Part shown: in pieces, positions 55,901 to 64,000 of the stretch | Layout of the letters: every line of letters begins with the position of its first letter | Position numbering within the stretch: the stretch's first letter is position 1 | From: Haloplanus salinarum | GTDB taxonomy: Archaea > Halobacteriota > Halobacteria > Halobacteriales > Haloferacaceae | Assembly (NCBI RefSeq): GCF_024498175.1 | Contig: NZ_CP101823.1 | Span: 2,236,987 to 2,300,986 of the forward strand | Length of the DNA: 64,000 nucleotides | Reading direction: 5' to 3' | The notes under the pieces: generated by a model | The model's input: the letters and a program-made list of their open reading frames with translations, nothing else | Told to the model about the DNA's origin: nothing | Databases searched by the model: none | Program-made: the position numbers and the translations under genes

Positions 55901-56149
55901 TTCGGCGACTTCTTCGACGTGCGGGAGTTCGACGACCTCCGCAAGGCCATCCGCACGGGCGAGGTGGACGTGATCGTCTCGCGGAACCGCGAGGCCCTCG
56001 AAGTCGCCGTCGAGGAGGACGTGACCTACTTCTCGACGCACGCCTCCGCGAAGGCCGTACTGGAGGGGCTTCGCCACCACGACGACCCGATGGACGTGCA
56101 GGCAATCTCGGACCGTCCGAAGCGGCGGACGGAGTGGGGCGGCGAGTAG
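52913..56149 (+). CDS. carB: carbamoyl-phosphate synthase large subunit
   Basis: duplicated ATP-grasp halves ([21 protein letters not shown] ... [23 protein letters not shown]), MGS-like C-terminus; 1078 aa. Confidence 0.95.
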   Translation: [1078 protein letters not shown]

Positions 56150-56167
56150 CGGCCTGCGCCGACCCGA

Positions 56168-56989
56168 TCAGTCCAGTTTCCCGAGCGCCTCGAAGAAATC
56201 GGCGGCGGGGCCGGCGACCCGCATCGGCGAGTCGGCCCGCGCGACGCTGACCTCCGCGGGCGGCGCGAGCTCCTGTAACACCCGCCCGTCGCCGACGACG
56301 ACCGCCCGGTCGGCCCCGGAGACGGTCACGCTGACCGTACTGTCCGGGCCGACCACCAGGGGCGGCATCCCGTCGCTCGCACACATCTCGTTGACCACGA
56401 TGGCGTCGACGCCGGGGTGGACCAGCGGCCCGGACTCGCTGAGGTTGTAGGCGGTACTCCCCGTCGGCGTGGCGACGAGGAGTCCGTCGGCGTGCCCGTC
56501 GGAGTACCGCTTCCCGTCGACGCTGACCTCGATGTCGACCCCGCCACCGGGGCCCCGGATCGACCCCTGGACGACCACCTCGTTGGTCGTGGGGGGCGCG
56601 GTCCAGCCGTCGCCGCTGGCGGCCAGTCGCGGCGCCTCGTGGACGGTCAACTCGCCGGCGCGGAACGCGGCCACCTCGTCGAGGACGACGTCGACCGCCT
56701 CCTCGGGGCCGACGGCGTTGAGGAAGCCGACCTCCCCGAGGTTGACGCCGAGGATCGGCGTGCCGTCGGCCCCGCGGGCGGCAAAGAGGAAGGTACCGTC
56801 GCCGCCGATGCTGACCACGAGGTCGCAGTCGTCGAACGCCTCGATGGGCGTCCCCTCGACGTCGAGCGTCTCGGCGGTGGTAGTGTCGACGGCCACCGTC
56901 ACGTCCGCCTCGCGGAGTCGCCGGCGCAATTCGGCGGCGAGAAAGGCCGCCCGGCCGTTGTCCTTCTGTGCGACGAGACCGACGTGCAT
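56168..56989 (-). CDS. nadK: NAD(+) kinase
   Basis: [17 protein letters not shown] motif, NEVVVQ...; start at MHVGLVAQ inside ORF 56168..57061. Confidence 0.85.
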   Translation of the reverse strand: MHVGLVAQKDNGRAAFLAAELRRRLREADVTVAVDTTTAETLDVEGTPIEAFDDCDLVVSIGGDGTFLFAARGADGTPILGVNLGEVGFLNAVGPEEAVDVVLDEVAAFRAGELTVHEAPRLAASGDGWTAPPTTNEVVVQGSIRGPGGGVDIEVSVDGKRYSDGHADGLLVATPTGSTAYNLSESGPLVHPGVDAIVVNEMCASDGMPPLVVGPDSTVSVTVSGADRAVVVGDGRVLQELAPPAEVSVARADSPMRVAGPAADFFEALGKLD

Positions 56990-57154
56990 ACCCCGGCCTC
57001 GCCCCCGGGAGAAAAAAGCCCACCGGAGACAACATTCATGATACCTCCGTTCGGAGTGCATCCCGATGGCGCAGTACGTGCCGACGACCGTCGGGCCCGG
57101 CCGCGGGGACCGGCGGACGGGTCGTCACCGCCGACGCCGTGGACGTGAGCGTCC

Positions 57155-58282
57155 ATGAGTGGAGACGACGACTGGTTCGAACGGGCCGTCGGCGAGGCCG
57201 ACGACGACGCGGAGGGAGACGAGGAACGCGAGACGACCGAGCCGGATGTCGACCCGTCGGACGACGACTCGGAGCGGCCGGACGCCGAACCCGACACCCC
57301 CGACCCGGACGCGTTCGAGGGGTTCGGGGACGAGTCGGGAGGGTCCGGCGCCGCGGTCGACCCCGATAGCGGGGACGACGACGGATCGCCCTTCGAGGAG
57401 GACTTCGCGAGCGCCTTCCAGAACGCCCCGGACCCGGAGGGTGGGTTCGGTGGCGGCGGTCCGGGGCCGGGTGGCGGTCCGGGCGAGGCCGGGCCGGAGG
57501 CGGACTTCGGCGGTGGTTCGGGGGGCCCCGGCGCCCCCGACGGCGCCTCCGCCGAGGACTTCGACGAGAACGAGTTCGAGTCGGCCATCGAGCGGATCGA
57601 CCTCGGCATCGACGGGCTCGACGACATGATCCTCGGAGGCGTGCCGAAGCGGTCCCTGATTTCGGTCATCGGATCGGCCGGGACCGGGAAGACGACCTTC
57701 GGGCTCCAGTTTCTCAACCGGGCACTGGCCGACGGGAAGCGCGGGGTCTACGTGACCCTAGAGGAGAGCACCGACCGCATCTACGACACCGCCGAGGAGA
57801 AGGGCTGGTCGTTCGTCGAGTACGCCGACGAGGAGCGACTCGCGATCGTTCACCTCGACCCGGTCGAGATGGCGAACAGCCTGTCGAGCATCCGGAACGA
57901 CCTGCCCGACCTGGTCAAGGCGTTCGGCGCGGACCGCCTCGTCCTCGACTCGGTGTCGCTGCTGGAGATGATGTACGACCACCCCTCCGACCGCCGGAGC
58001 GAGGTGTACCAGTTCACCCGCTCGCTCAAGGAGGCGGGGGTGACGACGCTCGTGACCAGCGAGGCCAGCGGCGACAACCCGTACAGCTCCCGCTACGGGA
58101 TCATCGAATATCTCGCGGACGCGGTGTTCGTCCTGCAGTACGTCCGCCCGTCCGACTTCCAGGAGACGCGACTGGCCGTCGAGATCCAGAAGATCCGGGA
58201 CGCGAACCACTCTCGGGAGACCAAACCCTACGAGATCACCAACGAGGGGCTCAGCGTCTACCGGCAGGCGAACATCTTCTAG
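57155..58282 (+). CDS. KaiC/RadA-like RecA-superfamily ATPase with acidic disordered N-terminus
   Basis: GIDGLDDMILGGVPKRSLISVIGSAGTGKTTFGLQF Walker A; VLDSVS Walker B-like. Confidence 0.75.
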   Translation: MSGDDDWFERAVGEADDDAEGDEERETTEPDVDPSDDDSERPDAEPDTPDPDAFEGFGDESGGSGAAVDPDSGDDDGSPFEEDFASAFQNAPDPEGGFGGGGPGPGGGPGEAGPEADFGGGSGGPGAPDGASAEDFDENEFESAIERIDLGIDGLDDMILGGVPKRSLISVIGSAGTGKTTFGLQFLNRALADGKRGVYVTLEESTDRIYDTAEEKGWSFVEYADEERLAIVHLDPVEMANSLSSIRNDLPDLVKAFGADRLVLDSVSLLEMMYDHPSDRRSEVYQFTRSLKEAGVTTLVTSEASGDNPYSSRYGIIEYLADAVFVLQYVRPSDFQETRLAVEIQKIRDANHSRETKPYEITNEGLSVYRQANIF

Positions 58283-58944
58283 TCGTCGGCGGACGCGGGC
58301 GCCTCGCGGGCGACGGGGTCGAAGCCGTCGAAGTGGACGAACTCCTCGGTCGAGCGGCGGAACTTCCGGGGCCGTTCGAGGTCGGCGGCCTCCTCGGCGG
58401 GGTGGCCGAGGGTGACGAGCATGACGGGTTCGTAGTCGGCGGGGACGTCGAACTCGTCGTGGAGGGCCGCAGCGTCGTAGCCGCCCATCGGACAGGACGC
58501 GATACCGCGGTCCCACGCGGCGTGCATGAGGGCCATGGCCGCGAGGGTACAGCTCTGGACGGTCCAGACGCGACGCGTCTCCGCGTCGGCGTCGGCGAGG
58601 CCGTCGACGGTGTCGAGACGGGCCTCGGCGGCGTCCTCGTTCGGGAGGTAGCCTTTCTCCAGCAGGTCCGCCGTGACGCGCTCGGCGTGGTCGCTCGGAT
58701 CGAGGGTGCCGAGGACGACCACCGCGGCCGCCGCGTCGGTGACGTGTTCCTGGCCGTAGGCGACCGACTGCAGGCGTTCGAGGTCCTCGCCCTGGACGAC
58801 GAGGAACTCCCACGGCTGGAGGTTGAACGAGGAGGGGGCGAACCGTACGTCCTCGAAGAGATCGACGAGCGTGTCGTCGTCGATATCCGTGTCGGCGTAC
58901 TGGTGAACGGACCGGCGGGTGTGAATGAGGTCGTCGAACTCCAT
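58279..58944 (-). CDS. nitroreductase family protein
   Basis: DLIHTRRSVHQY...NLQPWEFLVV motif; start at MEFDDL inside ORF 58279..59016. Confidence 0.7.
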   Translation of the reverse strand: MEFDDLIHTRRSVHQYADTDIDDDTLVDLFEDVRFAPSSFNLQPWEFLVVQGEDLERLQSVAYGQEHVTDAAAAVVVLGTLDPSDHAERVTADLLEKGYLPNEDAAEARLDTVDGLADADAETRRVWTVQSCTLAAMALMHAAWDRGIASCPMGGYDAAALHDEFDVPADYEPVMLVTLGHPAEEAADLERPRKFRRSTEEFVHFDGFDPVAREAPASADD

Positions 58945-59023
58945 CACCGAGCGAAGGGGCCGGACGGACATGAACCGGCGGAAGGCGGCCGTACTCGCCG
59001 GGTGTGGGGTGGTCACATCCGCA

Positions 59024-59437
59024 CTACCGGACCACGGTCACGGGCGTCGGCGACCGTCGGACGACCGCCTCGGCGACGCTCCCGAGGAGGACCCGTGAGA
59101 TGCCCTCGCGGCCGTGGCTCCCGAGGGCCACGTGATCGAAGGCGTCCTCCCCGGCCACGTCGACGATGACGCGGGCGGGACCGCCGACCTCGATTCGGGT
59201 GGCGAGCGGACCGTCGGCGCGTTCACGGGCCGCGTCGAGCTGTTCCTGTGCGTGTTCGCGCGCCCGTTCGTACCACGTCTCCGAACTCCCGGGGAACCGC
59301 CCCCCGAACCCGGCGGTCACCGGGTCGATGACGTAGAGGAGGGTGTAGTCCGCGTCGGGCCACTCGTCCAGCACGAACCGGAGCGTCGCCTCGGACTGGG
59401 GCGTCCCGTCGAAGGGGACGAGGACGTGCGATGGCAT
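59024..59437 (-). CDS. universal stress protein (UspA family)
   Basis: HVLVPFDGTPQSE...VALGSHGREGISRVLLGSVAEAVVRRSPTPVTVV. Confidence 0.8.
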   Translation of the reverse strand: MPSHVLVPFDGTPQSEATLRFVLDEWPDADYTLLYVIDPVTAGFGGRFPGSSETWYERAREHAQEQLDAARERADGPLATRIEVGGPARVIVDVAGEDAFDHVALGSHGREGISRVLLGSVAEAVVRRSPTPVTVVR

Positions 59438-59533
59438 ATCCCGACCTACGCGGGAGGGATACAAAAGTACCGCCGGCCAGGGGCGTCGACGATGGGCGAC
59501 CGGGCCCAAGAGCGGGGGTGGGACGTCCCCGGA

Positions 59534-61489
59534 CTACGGGTCGGCGCCGGTGGGCGTCGCCGACGCGTCGGGACGGCCGTCCGTCCCGGTGCCGTCGACC
59601 ACGAAGGTCGTGAGGAGATCCTCGAGTTCGCCGGCCTGCGTGGCGACCGAGGACACGCTCTCGCTGATCTCGTCCATCGACGCGGTCTGTTCCTCGACCG
59701 CGGCGGAGACGCTCTCGGCCTCGGCGGCGGATCCGTCGCTGATCTCCGTGACCTCGTCGATCATCGATACGACTTCCTCGATGCTCGCCGCCTGGCTGTC
59801 GGTCGTCTCGCTGATCTCCCGAACCCCGTCGTCGGTGCGTTCCGCGTTCGACGCGACCCGCTCGAACACCTCGACGACGTCGGTGACGGCCTCGATCTCC
59901 CGTTCCATCAGGTCGCTGGCCCGCTCGACTTGGGAGACGACGTCGTCCGTCCGCGACTGCGTCGCCGCGATGCGATCCCGAATGTCGCCCGCGGAGTCCT
60001 GGGTCTCTTCGGCCAGCTGCTTCACCTCGTTGGCGACGACGTCGAACCCCTCGGCCGAACCGCTACCGCCGTTGCCGCCGTCGCCGGCGCCGGCGCGCGC
60101 GGCCTCGATGTTGGCGTTCAGTGCGAGCAGGTTCGTCTGCTCGGCGATGTCGGAGATGACGTCGGTGATCTCGGCGATGGCGTCCATCTGGGTTTCCAAC
60201 TCGTCGACGGTCTCGACCGTCGTGTCGATGGAGGCCTGCACGCTCCGTGCGTCCTCGAGCATCTCGTCGGCCAGCTCCCGCCCGTCGGCGGCGATGGTCG
60301 TCGTCTCGTCGGACACCTGCGCGACCTCCTGTGCCGACGCGGCGACCTCCTCGATGGCGGCCGAGAAGTCGGACACCTCGCCGGAGGCCTCGTCGAGCAT
60401 CCGCCGTTGGTCGTCCGTCCCGGTCGCGATCTCCTGGATCGAGTCGCTCACCTCCTGGCTGGCCTCCGCGACCTGCCGGGTCGCCGAGTCAGCCTCGGAC
60501 GTCTGGGTTTCGACCGCGGCGGCGAACGACTGGATCCGGGTGACCGTCCCCTCGATCTCCCCCGTCATGTCGTTGAGCGCGTGGCCGATCTCGGCCATCG
60601 CCTCGCTCTGGCTCTCGGGGTCGACCCGGACCGTGAGGTCACCGTCGGCGGCCCGCGACATCGCGTCGCGGTACTCCTCGGCTTTCTCCTGTAGGTGTGC
60701 GTTCAGCTCCTCCACCTCCTCGCGTTGCCGTTCGGCCTCGGTTTTCAGTTGCTCCGCCTCGGCTTTCTCGCGTTCGATCTCCGCCTGCCGCTCCTCGAGG
60801 TCGTCGATCTGCGTCGCCCGTTCCCGTGCCCGTTGCAGTTCCCGTTGTGCCTTCTTCCGGGACCGCTCGATCGAACTGAGATGGATCGTCAGCGCGCCCG
60901 CGAGGACGGCGACGAACCCGCCGTGGATCACGCCCCACACCCACGGGTTCAGCTGTGCCGCGGTGTGGTTGTAGACCCGCGACGGGTCGATCATGCCGAA
61001 GAGACCGTGCGTGACGACGACGTACGTGATCCCGACCCCGAACGGCAGCCAGTCCTCGTAGATGGCCGCGATCCCGATGGCGACGAAGAAATGGAAGTGT
61101 GCCTCGATGTAGCCGCCGCTCACGTGCACCAGCGTCCCCGAACAGAACGCGAGCCCGGTCACCGCGAGCACCGTCCGCAGCCGGCGGCCGAGCTGCGGCA
61201 CCGCCGCTGCGCCGGCGAAGGCGACGATGATCCCGGTCTCCAGCAGGAGGGTTTCGAGCGGAATCGCCGGGAGCGTGGCCCCCGTCACCGGCTCGGTCCC
61301 TTCGAGCATCCCGAGCCCAAACAGCACCGGAACGTGCACCAGGACGGTGACGATGAAGTACTTGTGGCGGCGTGCCCACACGTCGTCCGGGATCGTACTC
61401 CCGGTCGGTATGTACGCCAGTAAGCCATCCAACGATCGGTCGACGTCGACCTCGGTTTTTTGTTCCCCCGATGATAGCTCCCCGGTCAT
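59534..61489 (-). CDS. methyl-accepting chemotaxis protein (Htr transducer) with polytopic N-terminal membrane domain
   Basis: highly conserved signalling domain [14 protein letters not shown]...[17 protein letters not shown]; HAMP-like and coiled-coil regions; 6 N-terminal TM helices. Confidence 0.85.
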   Translation of the reverse strand: MTGELSSGEQKTEVDVDRSLDGLLAYIPTGSTIPDDVWARRHKYFIVTVLVHVPVLFGLGMLEGTEPVTGATLPAIPLETLLLETGIIVAFAGAAAVPQLGRRLRTVLAVTGLAFCSGTLVHVSGGYIEAHFHFFVAIGIAAIYEDWLPFGVGITYVVVTHGLFGMIDPSRVYNHTAAQLNPWVWGVIHGGFVAVLAGALTIHLSSIERSRKKAQRELQRARERATQIDDLEERQAEIEREKAEAEQLKTEAERQREEVEELNAHLQEKAEEYRDAMSRAADGDLTVRVDPESQSEAMAEIGHALNDMTGEIEGTVTRIQSFAAAVETQTSEADSATRQVAEASQEVSDSIQEIATGTDDQRRMLDEASGEVSDFSAAIEEVAASAQEVAQVSDETTTIAADGRELADEMLEDARSVQASIDTTVETVDELETQMDAIAEITDVISDIAEQTNLLALNANIEAARAGAGDGGNGGSGSAEGFDVVANEVKQLAEETQDSAGDIRDRIAATQSRTDDVVSQVERASDLMEREIEAVTDVVEVFERVASNAERTDDGVREISETTDSQAASIEEVVSMIDEVTEISDGSAAEAESVSAAVEEQTASMDEISESVSSVATQAGELEDLLTTFVVDGTGTDGRPDASATPTGADP

Positions 61490-61712
61490 ATGAGCCGACT
61501 ACCGCATCGGACAGTATAACATGTAGGCCCCGAGTATCATCGGAGAGAACGACGCAACCGGCCGATATTCGGGGAAGCCCTCCGACCGGGCGGCACCCCC
61601 GAGTCGAGGGGGGCGACCCCGACGCAGGCCCGTGATCGGACGCCGCCACGACGGGCCGGCGGCCGGCGTCGCACACACAGCCCTTATCACCTGTCGACGT
61701 TTACCTCACGTC

Positions 61713-62384
61713 ATGGACTCGGCGGTACTACTCGATCTCCTCGGCAACGAGAACCGCCGGCGGATCCTGCGACTGCTGTCGCGGAAGCCCTGCTATGTCA
61801 CCGAGATCAGCGAATACCTCGGGGTGAGCCCGAAGGCCGTCATCGATCACCTCCGGAAACTGGAGGAGGCGGGCCTGATCGAGAGCCACACCGACGACAA
61901 GCGGCGGAAATACTTCCACATCTCCCGGAACCTCCGCCTGGAGGTGAGCGTCTCGCCGTACGGGTTCGGCGCCAAGAGCGCGTACCCCGCGAGCCCGAGC
62001 CTCGATATGGACGGCCACTGTCGGCACGTCTCGCTGGACGCGCCGGGCGAGGCCGAGGACGACGTGCAGGAACTCGCGACCGCCTTCGAGCGGTTACAGA
62101 CCCTAGAGAACGAACTCTCGCTGGCCCAGCGGTGGGTGTACGGCCGGATCACGGAGGTGTTGGAGCGGCTGGACGACCACCTGGGCGTCGACGCCGACAA
62201 CCGCTTTCACGCCGAGGTGCTGGCGGCCGTGGCGACGGGTGCCCGGACCACCGACGAGGTCGTCGACGCCGTCGACGCCCCGACGGACGCCGTCCGGGGC
62301 GCGCTCAACACGCTCGCCGACCGGGGGGTCCTGGCCCGACGGAGCGACGAGTGGCAGGTCGCGCGCTCGTACGGTAGCGAGTGA
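61713..62384 (+). CDS. winged-helix (ArsR/TrmB-like) transcriptional regulator with C-terminal helical domain
   Basis: GNENRRRILRLLSRKPCYVTEISEYLGVSPKAVIDHLRKLEEAGLIES; start at MDSAVLL inside ORF 61632..62384. Confidence 0.65.
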   Translation: MDSAVLLDLLGNENRRRILRLLSRKPCYVTEISEYLGVSPKAVIDHLRKLEEAGLIESHTDDKRRKYFHISRNLRLEVSVSPYGFGAKSAYPASPSLDMDGHCRHVSLDAPGEAEDDVQELATAFERLQTLENELSLAQRWVYGRITEVLERLDDHLGVDADNRFHAEVLAAVATGARTTDEVVDAVDAPTDAVRGALNTLADRGVLARRSDEWQVARSYGSE

Positions 62385-62438
62385 CGTCGTTTCACGGTCG
62401 CTCGCAGCATCGCGTACGATCGGCGGTACAAACGAGAC

Positions 62439-62876
62439 CTATATCTCCCGGGTCAGGCCCGCCCGGAGATCGCGGCCGAAGTAGTGCCCCAAGAGGGCCG
62501 CGATCAGCCCGGCGGTCGTGCCGACACCCGCGACCTGGAGCCCGTAGTCCGCGACGACGGGCAGGAGGGCGGTGTCGAACGCCGACACGACGAACCCGAT
62601 TCCGGCCGTGAGCGCGCCCGCGAGGCCGGCTTCGACGTATCGGTGGTCGGAGACGACGAACGCGAGGACGAACCCGGCGAGCGCGATGCCGAGGAAACGC
62701 CCGACCGAGCCGATCAGCGGGACGCTCCCGCCGGCGACGAGGCCGACGAGCGAGAGGACGACCGCGAGGAGGAACGGACGGAGGGCGAAGATCCTGGCCA
62801 GTCGACGGCGGAGGCCGGCGAGGCGGCCGGTCGAGGCCTCGGCGTCGTCGGTGCGGCGGAACTCGGGGCGACGCAT
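62439..62876 (-). CDS. small polytopic membrane protein
   Basis: internal ATG of ORF 62439..63077; four hydrophobic helices. Confidence 0.45.
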   Translation of the reverse strand: MRRPEFRRTDDAEASTGRLAGLRRRLARIFALRPFLLAVVLSLVGLVAGGSVPLIGSVGRFLGIALAGFVLAFVVSDHRYVEAGLAGALTAGIGFVVSAFDTALLPVVADYGLQVAGVGTTAGLIAALLGHYFGRDLRAGLTREI

Positions 62877-62955
62877 ACGCCGACTCGGGGGGCGAGCGGC
62901 AAGTGACTTGCGCCCAACGAATGGATTCAAGTCCGCCCGGGCGGTACCGCGCTGT

Positions 62956-64000
62956 ATGAACCCAGGGGATCGCGTCCGCGTCGAACGCGGAAGCGTCGCA
63001 AACGAGGGCGTCCTCATGCCCTCGACGACGGCCGACCACCTCGTCGTGAAACTGCCGGGCGGGTACAACGTCGGCATCGACCGCGAGGCGGCGGCGGTCG
63101 AGGTGCTCGAACGCGACGTCTACGACGTCGATGGCGCGGGCGAGGGTGCGGGTGCGTCGACCGTCGAGTTCGACGACGACCTGCCGACCGTCTCGCTCAT
63201 CTCGACCGGCGGCACCATCGCGTCGACGGTCGACTACCGGACGGGCGCGGTGACCGCCCAGTTCGACGCCGAGGACGTCCTCCGGGCGGTGCCGGACCTA
63301 GCGGGGCGGGCCAACTACCGCGGCCGGGTCGTCGCCAACATCCTCTCGGAGAACATGACACCCGACGTGTGGCGGGAGCTCGCCCGGGCCGTCCACGAGG
63401 AGATCGAGGCGGGCGCCGACGGGGTCGTCGTCATGCACGGCACCGACACGATGCAGTACACCGCGTCCGCGCTGTCCTTCATGCTGGAGACGCCGGTCCC
63501 CGTCGTCTTCACCGGGAGCCAGCGCTCCGCGGATCGTCCCTCCAGCGACAACGTGATGAACGCGGTCTGTGCCGTGGAGGCGGCCACGAGCGACCGCGCC
63601 GAAGTGCTGGTCTGTATGCACGGATCGTCGAGCGACGACGCCTGTGCCCTCCACCGGGCGACCCGGGTCCGCAAGAACCACACCTCGCGGCGCGACGCCT
63701 TCGAGACGGTCGGCGCGGAGCCCATCGGCCGCGTCGACTACGACACGGAGACCGTCGAGTTCCGCCGGGACGGCCCGGAACGGGGCGAGACCGACCTCGC
63801 CATCGCCCCCGACCTGGAGACGAGCGTCGAACTCGTCAAGTTCACGCCGGGGATGAACCCCGCGGCCCTCGACCACCTCGACGACGCCGACGGCGTCGTC
63901 ATCGAGGGGACTGGACTGGGACACGTCGCCACGGACTGGATCGACCGGATCGAGGAACTGGTCGACGGGGGCACGATCGTCGCCATGACCAGCCAGTGTC
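62956..64000 (+). CDS. gatD: Glu-tRNA(Gln) amidotransferase subunit D (asparaginase-like), 3'-partial at window end
   Basis: LISTGGTIAS, VVVMHGTDTM, VVFTGSQRS asparaginase motifs after an N-terminal GatD-specific extension; no stop before window end. Confidence 0.8.
   Translation, partial: MNPGDRVRVERGSVANEGVLMPSTTADHLVVKLPGGYNVGIDREAAAVEVLERDVYDVDGAGEGAGASTVEFDDDLPTVSLISTGGTIASTVDYRTGAVTAQFDAEDVLRAVPDLAGRANYRGRVVANILSENMTPDVWRELARAVHEEIEAGADGVVVMHGTDTMQYTASALSFMLETPVPVVFTGSQRSADRPSSDNVMNAVCAVEAATSDRAEVLVCMHGSSSDDACALHRATRVRKNHTSRRDAFETVGAEPIGRVDYDTETVEFRRDGPERGETDLAIAPDLETSVELVKFTPGMNPAALDHLDDADGVVIEGTGLGHVATDWIDRIEELVDGGTIVAMTSQC

Noticed and set aside
52889-56080. 1063-aa minus-strand ORF antisense to carB
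   Set aside because: carB on the + strand is unambiguous; the antisense frame is a GC-driven open frame

Overview
This 64 kb window comes from a high-GC haloarchaeal chromosome. Acidic proteomes, PGF-CTERM sorting signals, PilA-type pilins and Tat lipoproteins all point to Halobacteria.

The first ~15 kb looks like horizontally acquired accessory DNA with mosaic GC. It holds a virus/plasmid-like module of about ten small, tightly overlapping genes (1-4617), a type IIL MmeI-family restriction-modification enzyme paired with an HSDR_N-like PD-(D/E)xK protein (5702-10571), and several orphan genes (10832-14880). A structured inverted-repeat element follows ORF1, and a ~60-nt element is repeated at 10.6 kb and 13.5 kb.

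The rest is core-like. It carries a large PGF-CTERM surface glycoprotein, an intron-containing elongator tRNA-Met, gpmI, sdhCDBA, tandem PilA pilins, carB, nadK, a KaiC-like ATPase, a chemotaxis transducer (MCP) and a partial gatD.

The most unusual part is 26.8-42.2 kb. It encodes an ESCRT-III-like protein with a Vps4-like MIT-AAA ATPase, four membrane proteins carrying double zinc ribbons (one of them an SPFH/flotillin-like protein), and a receptor Ser/Thr kinase with a PQQ beta-propeller. A six-gene translationally coupled operon follows: TM coiled-coil protein, coiled-coil protein, bactofilin-like beta-helix protein, double-zinc-ribbon protein, HEAT-like repeat protein, and a RimK-aspartic protease fusion. 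Three proteins in this region share a repeated tail module of the form VDxSTTxVD...DSVVNRSD, which to my knowledge has not been described. I propose this region as a membrane-remodelling/cytoskeleton-like system.

Many long ORFs on the opposite strand of real genes are high-GC artefacts and are ignored.
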